Assembly: GCF_001194135.2 (NCBI RefSeq)
Contig: NC_068981.1
Location: 75,171,735 to 75,217,281, forward strand
From: Octopus bimaculoides
Taxonomy: Eukaryota
Length of the DNA: 45,547 nucleotides
Reading direction: 5' to 3'
In this document: one piece after another, positions 13,751 through 25,258 of the stretch
Layout: every line of letters begins with the position of its first letter
How positions within the stretch are numbered: the first letter of the stretch is position 1
Position numbers and translations under genes: made by a program
The notes under the pieces: model-generated
Seen by the model: only the letters and a program-made list of their open reading frames with translations
Databases searched by the model: none
Told to the model about the DNA's origin: nothing

Positions 13751-15038
13751 TACGAAGGTGGGCTGAAAATTGTATAGGCTGACCAAGAGTGCGATACTAC
13801 TTCCCATTCAATTCTTTTTGTCATGTTGAGGAGCATATGATTGTGAGATAGGGCCAAATCAGGAGAATAGGCTGGGTGATCAATCAGTTCAAATCCAGAG
13901 ACACACAGAGCATTTATTGAACCCAAGGACGTGTGTGCTAGAGCATTGTTCTGATGAAACAAAACACTATTGTTAGATTTCCTGGGCGTTTGCTCTTGAT
14001 AGCCATTCGTACCTGCCTCAACAAGTTGCCATGATATTCTCTATTGATGGTGTGACCCTTTGATGATAATCAATAAATACGATTTCGTTTTGTATCCCAA
14101 AGCTATCATATTCCCTGCAGATGAAACGACTCTATCCTCCTATGTAACAGTTGAAGAGGTGTGTTTCTACTGCATGGATTGTCTGTATGTACCTAGCTCA
14201 AAATTATAAACCTTATACTTACCTCGACTTAGAAAACGTTTATGAAAACGAGCTGGACCTATCTCAAACAATGTTTCAGATGTGGCACCCAGCGATCAGA
14301 ATTCTTCGTCAGGCCAAATTTATTGTTCAGAATATGCTCAACTCTGTCACAAGATATGCTAATAGCATTGGCTAATTGATTTATAGTCAATCGTTTGTCA
14401 CCTATCACAATGTGCTGAACACGATCAATGTCTGCGGAAAAGGTAGATAATGTCAAATATGTTTCACATTGAGACCTTCATAAGGAATCATGATTAAAAT
14501 CTTGAGTTTTCTACTAATTATGCATCCGAATTCGAGATCGCTTGCATACACTTTTCATGCGTCCATGTACAACAGTTTGTGTGAATGTATATTTGAACAT
14601 TTATGCACATTTTTCTGGATCTATTTTGTCGTACGAAGTACAAGTATTATAACACATATTAACTTTATAACGAGATTGTGACAACTCTAACTATTGGATT
14701 ATCCAAACCATACGTCATCATCAAAATCCCTCCCTTCCCCTCCCAAATTCAGCTGCTTACTTTTGTAGTTTGTTGATAAAACTGAAGCTTTATCTCCTAA
14801 TGGAGCAATTATGTCAGCATGAATGCCATTGAAGGCTAATCCATTTTTCTGCTGGTATTTGATAACACAACGACGCCAAATTTTATCCATTTTTAAGAGA
14901 AGTCGCAACTAATTGTCAGTTTACCTGTAAAGAAACAATGCAGTTATAAATTAGAATTGAAATTTATACATATACGATTTCACATCTTTAGCATTCCTTC
15001 TTTAGAGTCAGCCTTTGAACGTTCGGCTCACCCTGGTA
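13751..15038 (-). mobile_element. Mariner DNA transposon fossil with both TIRs
   Basis: TIRs are tacgaaggtgggctgaaaattgtataggctgac and gtcagcctttgaacgttcggctcaccctggta, with TA ends. Fragments read MDKIWRRCVIKYQQK (N-terminus), ...LTKNSDRWVP (WVP motif) and FHQNNA...HPAYSPDLA (YSPDL motif). There is an unrelated insert at about 14460-14698. Confidence 0.88.
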
Positions 15039-16036
15039 GTATCATATATCGTCTACGTTCTCATATTGCAGTATGTTATCTTTCAATGACATCTCTAGCA
15101 GTTTCATCTCATCCGGTTGCATCTCTCATCAACAGAATACTATAAATAGCTCCGAATTCTCTCTGAATTTAAACCCTAGCGACCAAAAAGAACAAAGCGA
15201 ATCACTGCATAAAAACTTTTCCTTTATGCAGTATGCATGAAATTATGAAGGAATGCCTGATTGAAACGTATTTAGTCATAAGTATGAGCGATTAATGATG
15301 ATCGTGGGTAAACAACAGCATCACTAGGAAGAATAATAACAGCAACGTGTAGTTGCTTCTAAGTTGATAATTATTTTCTTAGGGGCAGCTGGGAAATACA
15401 CGTAACCATATTTGCGAATACATCGTGTCATTATTGTAATTACTTAATACTTTGCTATTGTTTTAGAACACAAAGAAACATAAATTGCATTTCGATTTGC
15501 GGTAGTAATAAAAATAATAGCGATTATCATTATTTCGTGTCTATTTTATATCTTCCCTTTATCTCTCAGATTCATCAAACAAAAGGATCATGAATCTGAG
15601 ATTGTTGTTTCTGAGATTGAAACGTTTTCTTTTATTTTACCGTTTTTCTCTTTGGTAAAATTGAAAATGGTGTTAGATAAGAATACCTGTACGTTGAATC
15701 TCAATCATACCAATAACAAAAGATGATATAATATAATAATTGATATAATAAATACCAGACAAATCTCTTAGCAGACAATGATACAAGCGAAGCAATATTA
15801 GATACAATAGCAATATATTATTGTAATTATTAGTAATTAAGCCTGGAGCAGAGACTATTCCTGCTTTCGAGAGCCAGACTTAATTGAATCTTCGTTTCAC
15901 ATACATTTTACATATTTTAGAAGACTTTCAAAAAGTTTTGTCTATGATTGCTAGTTTTCACTTCCTCGCGTGGGAATTTCAGACACTGAATTTAATTTTT
16001 ATAGAATGCATCTATATAATTGTTTCATGCCAGGGA

Positions 16037-16310
16037 AGGCGCCGTGGATTAGTGGTTATGGTGTTGCATATTCGAACATTAAATCGTGGTTTCGATTCCC
16101 GGCTAGATAATGCTTTGTCTTCTTGAGCAAAACAAATCATTTCAAGTTGCTCCTGTCCATTCAGCTGTTAAATGACTTCCGGCAATGGCTGGTGAACTCT
16201 GCAACGAACTGGCCTACTGTTCCTAGGTGTGTGTTATATTCTCAGTCATTTGTACACCATAGAAAACGACCGGGTTAAGTTCCGGCCTTATGAGATCTAG
16301 GGATCGTGAC
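16037..16310 (+). mobile_element. tRNA-derived SINE, family D
   Basis: aggcgccgtggattagtggtta (A box)...ggtttcgattcccgg (B box), ttgagcaaaacaaatcatttcaagttgctcctgtccattcagctg, and tail cttatgag. Confidence 0.72.
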
Positions 16311-17383
16311 ACGTCTAATTAATTAAGCGTGGGTATAAATAAGTGCATGGTTGGAAATTTTGTTAAGAAGAACTCTTCAAAATTTCGTAGTTTCGTTTCG
16401 ATCTATTTTCAATGCTTTTGTTGCAGGAGATTTTTCCATGATTCTGAGTAGTCCGTGAGTAGAATTTTGAATGTAAGAAATGTGTGACGGCCTGATGATG
16501 GGAGTGAATCTGTTTCCTCAGTTCAGAAAAATCACCAGGCCATTAGATTCCTTTTGCTTTCATGGTGTCCACTTCATACGCAAGCATTTCGAGGACAATC
16601 TCCTACCTTTAAAAAATCTCCTTTAGATATGCAATTCATAGACGCTCTGTCTAACCTATTAAATGTATAGGCGTTGTTGTTTTGTTCCAGTCGTGAGACA
16701 ATTATTAAATGTCTGTCTTGTAGAGATATTTCCCACATGGTAATTTGTGATCTTTGCTATTTCCAATTCATAATAAGACTTACATGCATAAATTTTCTAA
16801 ACATTCTACAGATTTTTATTCCTTGTTCATGTTATTAATCGAATTTAAGTAGTGTGTTTTAAAGTTCAATAATCTATTACGTTTAAAGACAATATGAATA
16901 AAACAATTAAAATATATAATATTAACTAAGCCAGTTTACTTTCTCTATGCAAAGGTGATTGAAGAAAATGCTTACCACTGTCAAAGAACAACTTTCCTGG
17001 AGAAGAACTCATAAATATTAATATGGCAAAAGATTGAAAAAGACTAAGAGAGAAACAGATAAAAATATATGATTGAAATGTGAAGAACAGGTAAATTACT
17101 TAAAACAAAACTGGCGTCCTGAGAAACTGGCTGTACGATGATGACAATGAAATAGGCATGAAGTACATAATTGATTGCTCTCATTGCTATGTAACGTATG
17201 GGAAGGCAGCGTACGTAGAAGTATTATACACTTGGGAGAAAATTGTATTAGACATGACTTAATATAATAGACTCCAGCTTATCGCTTTTCCCTCTCCTCA
17301 TTATTTATATAACTACTTTTACACATTATCACACAGATACACGTATATGTGTACTTATGCATGTATGAATGTAAGTTTGTATG

Positions 17384-17436
<53 letters not shown>

Positions 17437-17583
17437 GTGTGTATGTGTGTATACATACTTATATATTTGTGTGCATGTGTGAGTGTGATAGAGAAATCTA
17501 GAAAGATAATATTGCAGTAGGAAGAAAGAAAATAAAGGAATAAAAATCAATGAAACATATAGACGAGAGCGAGAAAGAAAAAA

Positions 17584-17590
<7 letters not shown>

Positions 17591-17624
<34 letters not shown>
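17591..17624. repeat. (GA)n microsatellite
   Basis: GA run. Confidence 0.95.
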
Positions 17625-17629
<5 letters not shown>

Positions 17630-18545
17630 AAAAGAAAATGTATGTGCGTATGCGTGCGTGTGTGTGAGAGAGTCAGAGGGAGAAAAAGGTAGAGAGAGAT
17701 AAATAGAAAGAGAAAGAGAGATGGGGAGAGAGAAAAACAGATTGAAATACTATCGAAAAGCTACTTATTTTTCCAATCGGGTTTATCACTAAAATGTGAC
17801 AAAGCTCTATCGAAGCCTATTTCTTGCACTGAATATCGAGAAATTCCTAATGAAATACAATGCATAAATTGCTCAATATACTATTTCGTTTTATTCATTA
17901 ACAAATGTTTTGTACGTGAAACGTTTTAGAAATTTTCATAAATTGATGAAGTGTCAAAGACTTCAAATGCTATTTCTGTTTCTTTGCCTTCAGATGCAGT
18001 AATTTAGTCTGTTCTATTGGAATAGTTTTGACTATTGGCGTCATATAGTACACACAATACATAATATAAAGAGTAGTGTGTGAAAACTATTAATATTAGT
18101 ATTTTGATCTTCAATAGAGTGAAATTAGATAAATAAACATATTTACATTCGTATCTGCATGTGTGAGTCTATATCTGTGTGTGTGTATGTGTGTGTGTGT
18201 GTATGTGTATGTGTGTGTGTGTGTATGTGTGTGTGTGTGTGTGTGTGAAAGTATGTGTGTGAATGTGTGTCTGAATGCGTGTATATACGTGCTAGCGTGC
18301 GCTTGGTGTGTGTGTGTATATGTATTTAGTCACCAACGTTTTTATATGTGAATATATACACATAGTTCTATACATAATGAACTGACACGTACACGTACAC
18401 GTACACATATGCTTGCATATCTATGCAAATAATATAAACACGCATACGTCCGCTCACACATACACACACACCACCACTACACATATATGTTCTCTATATT
18501 ATATGAAGACTATATTAGAGTATATTACGAATATTTTATGTTTCA

Positions 18546-18974
18546 TCTCTTACTTCTGTCAGTCATTCGACTGCGGTCATGCTGGAGTACGGCCTCCAAT
18601 GGTTTAGAGGAGCAAATGGTGCCCTATAATCGTTTTTGAAATCTAACAATTAATGTATCAATTGTGATTGGCCTACTCCTGAGTTACGGGGACGTAACCA
18701 AACCAACACCATTTGTCAGGCCATTGTGAGTGACAAACTCAAAGACATAAACACAAGCGTCCACACACGCACACAGACATACACACACACACACACACTT
18801 ACACACACATTAAATATATGCAACGAGGCTTCCACACCGTTTCAGTCGACCAACTCATTGGTCGGTATGCGCCTATGGAAAAAGACACTTTCTCAAGATG
18901 TTGCGCTGTGGAACTGAACCCGAAAGCATGTGGCTGGAATGCGAGCTTCTAAACAGCACAGCCATGCTTGCGAC
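18546..18974 (-). mobile_element. tRNA-derived SINE, family B, diverged full-length copy
   Basis: Reverse complement aligns with 28431-28876 over the head, the internal microsatellite, ccccgtaact and ctccagcatg.ccgcagtc.aatga. Confidence 0.82.
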
Positions 18975-19174
18975 TATGCTTCTTTATTATATAATTCTCC
19001 CTGTAAAATTTCGTTCATAATATACTTGCTGATATTAGGATAGGAGAAGATAAACATTGCTATTTTCCATTAGTTCATAATAATAACAAAGGAAGATGTT
19101 TGTTTAGATTGAAGTTCAAACTTTACTATATAACTTTGATATAACGTGTTACGATGGCACCGTATCAATGTGAT

Positions 19175-20010
19175 CATAGTTATATTAAACAATCACGCAT
19201 TTCTATAATTTGTTAAACCAATATATAACTGTTAATTTTCAGATATTACAATTTTACATTTGCAATATCAATATACTTAAAGACTTTGGTCGTCGTGCTC
19301 GTGAACAGTGTCATTATACCATCGAGTCCTGCATCAGGCAAACACTTCAAGACTTATTTTATCTAACTTTACTTATACAAGAAACGAGAGTTAAATTTTT
19401 GTGTTTTTACATATGATTTCATCCTAGCTATGAGAAGAGAATGATCTTACACGTACATAAAGACCCAAATATTCTGGAAATATTTCCCGATACAGAACTG
19501 CCCTTTTATTTTTGAGAGTATGTTGCCGCATCTGCGGAAATGAACAGTAAACACAAAACTTCGAATAAAGAGCTCTTTTACATTCTTCTTAATGATATCT
19601 GCGAAGGAGAATGACCAAAAGAATATTGATTCAGTACATAAATATCATACAAGAGAACAGTATGGAGTTTATGAAATTTTGCATAGAGGCATTTATGAAG
19701 GATATTTCTGTCACGATGAATGTAAATGAGCTGAAGCAAAAGATTCCACTTCACGCCTGGTTTGGACAATTAAAACAAGCATAAAATACTTTGAGATATT
19801 TTAAAATATATTCCTGCACAGAACAAAGCAAGCAGGGCTTGCCATTTTCAAACATAGTTATATTTAGCAATCACATATTTCTGTAATTTGGTAACAAAAT
19901 ATATAACTGCTAATTGTTCAGATATTACAATTTTACATTTGCCATATCAGAATACTTAAAAACTTTATTCGTCATGCCCGTGTCGTGTCGTTATACTACC
20001 GAGCCCTGAT
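19175..20010 (+). repeat. Diverged ~158-bp direct repeats (19175-19332 and 19853-20010)
   Basis: catagttatat...atatataactg...cagatattacaattttacatttgc.atatca..atacttaaa...cgag.cctg is present twice, about 678 bp apart. Confidence 0.85.
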
Positions 20011-20409
20011 AAGGTCGCTCTATAGTCAACGACGTTCGAGAGACAGGATCCTCTCAGTGGAATGTTGGGAATCGTTTGGGAGTTTTAGTTGCAGAGGTGA
20101 GTGGGATAGAGATTGTGTGGATGAGTACCTGCTTTTGCTGTCGCTTGCGATGTTGGAAGTAATGTTGTCTGAACATGAATAACTGACCCTAACACTATGG
20201 GAATTAGAATGCTCATACTATGTATGAGATTTATTGAAATGTCGAAATTCAGAAAGTTGTTGTTATATTGATAATGACACCTAAGTTGAATGGAGGATGA
20301 TGTCAAAGAACCTTTTGCATTATTACTCGTTTATGGTTTGGGGTGAAAGTAGGGTATCTTCAATGCTTCTTAGCTTTTCAGAAAAACCTGTCTTCACTAA
20401 CACCTCATT

Positions 20410-20617
20410 ATGTTGGTGTGCTGTGGTTTTTCTATGTTATATATATTTGTAAGTCCTGGTGTTTTTGTTATTTATTTTTCTGAATATTTTTTTAATTATA
20501 CCTAAGGCACCTACTATGATAGGAATTGTTTGTTTTTAGATTCCACATTCGAGTTATCTCTATTTCCAGGTCTTTGTATTTTGAAAGTGTTTCCATTTCT
20601 TTTAGAGAAACGTTGTC
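20410..20617 (-). mobile_element. R4/Dong-clade non-LTR retrotransposon C-terminal (restriction-like endonuclease) fragment
   Basis: NVSLKEMETLSKYKDLEIEITRMWNLKT / TIPIIVGALGIIKKYSEK*ITKTPGLTNIYNIEK. The KY..L..EI.RMW and P.I.GALG motifs are typical of the R4/Dong/Rex6 REL domain. Confidence 0.8.
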
Positions 20618-20659
20618 ATTATTATTACTATTATTGTTCAGTAGTTTTATTTTTAAAGA

Positions 20660-20795
20660 ACAATACAGTAAACATAAGAGCACCACAGCAAACCACAGCA
20701 CATACCCAAGGCGCACAGAACTGCGCTCGGTAGTGAAGTGAAAGCACGTTATAAAAATAAAACTACTGAATAATAATAATAATAATAATAATATT
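20660..20795 (+). mobile_element. Probable 3' UTR and (TAA)n tail of the same R4/Dong-like element, opposite orientation
   Basis: ata cag taa (IQ*), then ...aaaccacagcacat...taaaaataaaactactgaa(taa)n. aaaccacagcac also occurs inverted at the end of the minus-strand REL fragment (about 20417-20430). Confidence 0.6.
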
Positions 20796-20891
20796 GATGA
20801 TGATGAAGATGATGATAATAATAATAATAATAATAATAATGACATCGAAAAATACCTTAGGTATGAAAACCGAGGATCGAAATTTCCCCAA

Positions 20892-20935
20892 GACAGCTGA
20901 TGAAGGCTGGAGGGTATATTAGCTGAAACGTTGAC
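20892..20935 (+). ncRNA. Minimal type-I hammerhead motif, copy 1 (stem I disrupted)
   Basis: CTGATGA-A-GGCTG...TAGCT-GAAAC-GTT. The core is intact, but the 3' strand of stem I is lost. Confidence 0.6.
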
Positions 20936-21010
20936 AAGAATCATGATGAGGACAGATAACCGTCAAATGTAAATCATGTAAATAATTCCTCATCTTTTAA
21001 ATATAGAAAT

Positions 21011-21077
21011 ATTATTATTATTATTATTATTATTATTGTTATTCAGGTCACTGCTTGGGATCGATCACAGGCAGTGA

Positions 21078-21160
<83 letters not shown>
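21011..21160. repeat. Palindrome centred at 21062/21063 flanked by (ATT)n and (AAT)n
   Basis: ttattcaggtcactgc (21039-21054) pairs perfectly with gcagtgacctgaataa (21071-21086). The inner 16 nt are near-palindromic. Confidence 0.92.
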
Positions 21161-21213
21161 TTGACATCGAAAAATACCTTAGGAATGAGAACCCAGGTTC
21201 GAAATTTCCCCAA

Positions 21214-21259
21214 GACACCTGATGAATGCTGGAGGGTATATTAGCCGAAACGTTGTGTT
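21214..21259 (+). ncRNA. Minimal type-I hammerhead motif, copy 2
   Basis: GACAC-CTGATGA-A-tGCTG...TAGCC-GAAAC-GTT-GTGTT. Stem I is 5 bp, the core is intact and the triplet is GUU. The first pair of stem II is mismatched. Confidence 0.68.
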
Positions 21260-21981
21260 AACAACAAACAAGAAGAGGACAAATATCCGTCAAATGTAAA
21301 TAATGTACAGACCATTTTGTTTGCGTTTGACTATTGGGGCAGTATTTACCCGCCTCGATGACGGCATTCTTATGAGAGGTGTTCATTAAAGATTTCTCCT
21401 GACGTCACATACATTTCGAATTTACCATCGAAATACCGGTTTCACTGAAATGAAGTTTATCAACATACTTCCAAATACATTCTATCAGGCAAACAATAAA
21501 ACTCTCTAAGAGTTTTCTTGAGTTAAAAGAATATTCAATATTGTTGGTATTGAAATTATACAAGTGGAACATGTGTTATTTCTTTGTTAGAAACCAAAAC
21601 ATTCTTTATAGGAACAATCCACATGATATCAGAACAATGACATACAGACGTGCAATCAGAAGTGCACACATATATTTATGTACAAACAAATATAATGTAT
21701 CTATTAGTGAAATGCGTCACAGTATTGATTCTCAAACTTGAATATATTATTGATCGTTGATCTCTATTGTTGTCTAGACCACTAGGAGAGAACGCTTTGA
21801 CTTAGAGAGAAATTCTTATCGTTTATGTAAGTGAAACAATTATAATGTATTTAAATGCGAGGACAAGTACAATGCGTTATAACCTGTATGAGATATAATT
21901 ATCTGATTATCTGATGTTATAGTAAGCATACACTTACATACATGCATACACATATACACATATATTTGTGTGTATATATAT

Positions 21982-22026
<45 letters not shown>

Positions 22027-22442
22027 AATACTATGAATATATATATATATATCGTTCTACTTAGCTATCTTTCTGTCTATGTATATATATATATCCACAC
22101 ACACAGATATACACACAGATACACACAGATACACACACTTATACATACATATATATAAGTTACTGTTAATACTTCATTTAGAGAATTAACATGGCAATAT
22201 ACTATATATATATATATACATACGTAATTGATAATATCAGGGTAATAAGAAATATTAGAAATTTCTACTACTAGTGGCCTAGCGTGTAAAAAGATTTAGT
22301 CAATAGACTATACATTATTCATATATGTACAGTGTACATTTAAACACATAAGAGGTATCCGTCATAGGATTCCTTGCACGCTAGAAGGAACAGCTAAAAT
22401 ACGAACCACTATTAGGGATAAATTCGAAATTTATATATATAC

Positions 22443-22562
22443 TCAGCTTCCTAACCACACGGTTCCTGGTTCAGTCCCACTGCGTGTACATGGCACCTTA
22501 GGCAAAGCCGTGTGAGTGGATTTGATAGACGGCAAGTGAAAGAAGCCCGCCGTACATATACA

Positions 22563-22598
<36 letters not shown>

Positions 22599-22600
22599 TG
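22443..22600 (+). mobile_element. SINE family B 5' part, internally deleted, ending in (TACA)n
   Basis: gcttcctaaccacacggttcctggttcagtcccactgcgtg..ggcacctt.ggcaa..gtgagtggatttg.tagacgg..gaaagaagcccg matches 28431-28600. Confidence 0.8.
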
Positions 22601-22889
22601 TATATATTCTACTTCCTCTCCTTTTTTCTCTGTCTACCACTCTTTCTCCTTACCCCTCGCTGGTCACATGTGTCCGGCTACTACGTTCTTTCTTATCTTG
22701 CCTACTGCCAAGTTCGCACGAACTTTCTTCTCTCTTCCTTTAAGTTCGTCACATCACAGCGTTCCGTATACATATATATTTTTTTCACGTCTGACCTTAT
22801 AGCTCTTCTTGTTTATTTTCACTACTTGGTTTTCTTGTCGTGTTTTCTGTTCGCCACTATATTCCGCCGCGTTACAAATTTAATTTGTT

Positions 22890-23585
22890 TCCGTGGTGCT
22901 GTTAGTAACTTCCCTAAAATGTTTGTTAAGGGAATGTTGCTTGAGGTTGTCGATTCGTTCGTCTACCTTGGAAGCTCTGTTCAAAATGATGGAAATCTTG
23001 ATACAGAAATGCAGCTGCGAATTCAAAGGGCAGCAAAAGCATTTGGTGGTATGGAGTCACGCGTTTGGTGCCAGTGACATATAAATAAGAATACAAAGCT
23101 GGATCTTTACAAATCATAGGCCTTACCATCCCTGTTGTATTCCTGTGAAACTTGGATTTGTTATGAAAGGCATTTTAAACTGTTAGAACAATTCCACCAC
23201 AAATGCCTTCATCGCATTTTAAAAATTAAATGGAGTTCTTTTACTCCAAACACAGATGTCCTTGCCTCTGCAGGCATCACTTCAATTAAAGCTATGATTT
23301 TGATGAACCAATTGAGATGGTGTGGGTATATTATTCGAATGGCAATGGACGTATGCCGAAACAGTTGTTTTATGGTGAGCTTGCAAAGGGGAAACGCTAT
23401 CGGCGTAAACCTATAAAACGGTTTAAGGACTACATAAGTAATACTATGAAGTCACTTGGAATGATTCCAGAAGATATAGAAACCTTTGCTTCGGATCGAT
23501 TTGGATGGCGAACAAATGTGGAGTGGTGTAAAAGAATTTGAAGAGGCCAGGATAACGCAAATAACACTCAAAAGAGATCTAAGGT
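22890..23585 (+). mobile_element. RTE-clade (BovB-like) LINE 3' fragment
   Basis: LEVVDSFVYLGS...RIQRAAKAFG...LLYSCETW...QFHHKCLHRILKIKW...QLRWCGYIIRM...RMPKQLFYGEL.KGKR...KRFKD, with stops and frameshifts. Confidence 0.92.
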
Positions 23586-23654
23586 ACAGGAGATGGTCAA
23601 ACTCTTTATAAAGAGTAGACAACCACCATATATATATATATATATATATATTTA

Positions 23655-24489
23655 TACAATGTGCGGTGAATAAATTGCCGTCTAAAAAATATATTTACCA
23701 AAATTACATAAAAGTATCTTGAAATACTAAGGAGTAAATTTATTCAATAAAATCACCATTGGCTTCAACGTCGGCCTCCGGACGACTTAGAAATCTCCTG
23801 CAACTCTTCTAGAAGGTCTCTTTGTTTAAGCTGGAGAATGCTGCCATAATAGTTGTCTTCAGTTCACCTTTGGTGTTACAAGGTGTCTTGTTGGTCTCTC
23901 GCTCTACTGCGCCCCACACATTATGATCATGGGGATTGCAGTCTGGAATATTAGGGGGTGGATTTTAGGAGTGATGTGGTTGCAGAAATTGCCTGACAAA
24001 CATGACCGGTTTTGCCTGCTTGTGTAGCATGATGGAGACTCCTGCTGTCTTCCAGTCACCCTCTTGAACCAGTGAGACACTATTTCTTCCAGGCACTTGA
24101 TTTAACTCTCCGCATTAATTCTGAGGCCGTGTGGGAAAATAAATGGAGGCATAATGTCGCCATCACTAGTGATTATTCGAAACGCCATAATGTCGACTGG
24201 ATGTTTGATTTTTATGGTTCTCGGTACGTGTTTTGGGGACACACCAAACGAACGGTTGTTCTGTGTATTCACCATCTATTCGTTTTGGAACTTCCGGCTT
24301 CAATGCCAAGCAGCTCAGCGAGTCGTTTCCAAATATTTGGGAGAGTGAAGTGCGTCATGGTGCAGTTTTTTTTTATCTCAGACAGTGCCCAACTGACCCT
24401 ACTGTTCTGTGTAGTTGGGAAAATTAAAAACGGACATTGCACGGAATTAAAAATATAGAATGGTGACAATTTACCCACCACATCTTGTG
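23655..24489 (-). mobile_element. Internally deleted Tc1/mariner, maT/DD37D-like, with both TIRs
   Basis: TIRs are tacaatgtgcggtgaataaattgccgtc and ggtgacaatttacccaccacatcttgt. The N-terminus MTHFTLPNIWKR jumps to KHPV...SDGDIMPPFIFPHGLRIN...PDCNPHD..VWGAVERETN...VEANGDFIE* (stop 23740-23742). The third catalytic position is D. Confidence 0.85.
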
Positions 24490-24595
24490 TGTGTGTGCGT
24501 GTCTGTATGTGTGTGTGGGTGTGTGTGTGTGTATACATCGATGAAAGGGAAATGGGCAAAGATACTCTTCAGTTATGAATAACCATGGAATGGCA

Positions 24596-24890
24596 CCTAG
24601 AAAATTATCCTCCGAGGTACAAATGCGGGCAAGGTTGTTTATAGAAGACCATTATTCACCCTGCGTACCAGTCTTTCCTCTCCACGTCAGTGGTGTTATC
24701 CAAGGAAAATGCAAAAGCCGATGCAGCATGACGTCAATGACGTCGAAACTAGTTGTCCACTCAGTTGTCCACTCAGTTGTCCACTCAGTTGAAAAAAATG
24801 AGTATTCCTGCGACGGACCAGCCTCTCGTCCGGAGTTTATGCAGCTGAGTGAACTGGGGTAATATGAAATAAAGTGTATTGGTCAATGAC
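24596..24890 (-). mobile_element. SINE family C copy interrupted by an inverted family D fragment
   Basis: Aligns to 6835-7040 on both sides of an ~80-bp insert at about 24755-24838. Confidence 0.72.
24751..24791 (+). repeat. 12-bp tandem repeat (agttgtccactc) x3.4
   Basis: Read directly from the sequence. Confidence 0.95.
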
Positions 24891-25022
24891 ATACATCCAC
24901 CACCGGACTATATGCACACATGTACGTATGTGTGTATGTATATATATGTATATATTATATATATGTGTATATATTATACATGTGTATATATTGTATATAT
25001 ATGTGTATATATTATATATATT

Positions 25023-25064
<42 letters not shown>

Positions 25065-25072
25065 CACTCCAC

Positions 25073-25156
25073 ATGAGTATTCCTGCGACGGACCAGCCTC
25101 TCGTCCAGAGGTGAACATATACACCACATTAATCGGGATACCCATCTTATGAGCCT
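25073..25156 (+). mobile_element. SINE family D tail fragment
   Basis: First 38 bp equal 24798-24835 with 1 mismatch. It continues atacacca..atcggga..cttatgagcc, like the end of 16037-16310. Confidence 0.65.
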
Positions 25157-25258
25157 ATATATTGATCACCGTGTAAAGACTAGAGAGAATAGTTTAATAC
25201 TGGGGTATATAAACCCTTGACTGAAACAAAGGATGGTTTCTGTACGCATGGAAGTAGC

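Larger units (their letters stand above)
20841..21306 (+). repeat. Tandem pair of ~150-bp hammerhead-bearing units (20841-~21008, 21163-21306), each after (TAA)n
   Basis: gacatcgaaaaataccttagg...ctgatgaa.gctggagggtatattagc.gaaacgttg...ccgtcaaatgtaaat.atgta occurs twice, 322 bp apart. Confidence 0.92.

Noticed and set aside
15570-15654. Strong acceptor followed by hydrophobic MNLRLLFLRLKRFLLF...
   Set aside because: The frame stops after 22 codons, and the T-rich composition explains the hydrophobicity.
24729-24745. TGACGTCA (CRE-like) site and adjacent TGACGTCG
   Set aside because: It lies inside a SINE copy, and there is no promoter evidence.
24798-25110. Two 38-bp direct repeats as a possible CRISPR array
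   Set aside because: Only two copies with a 237-bp microsatellite-rich spacer, in eukaryotic DNA, and SINE-derived.
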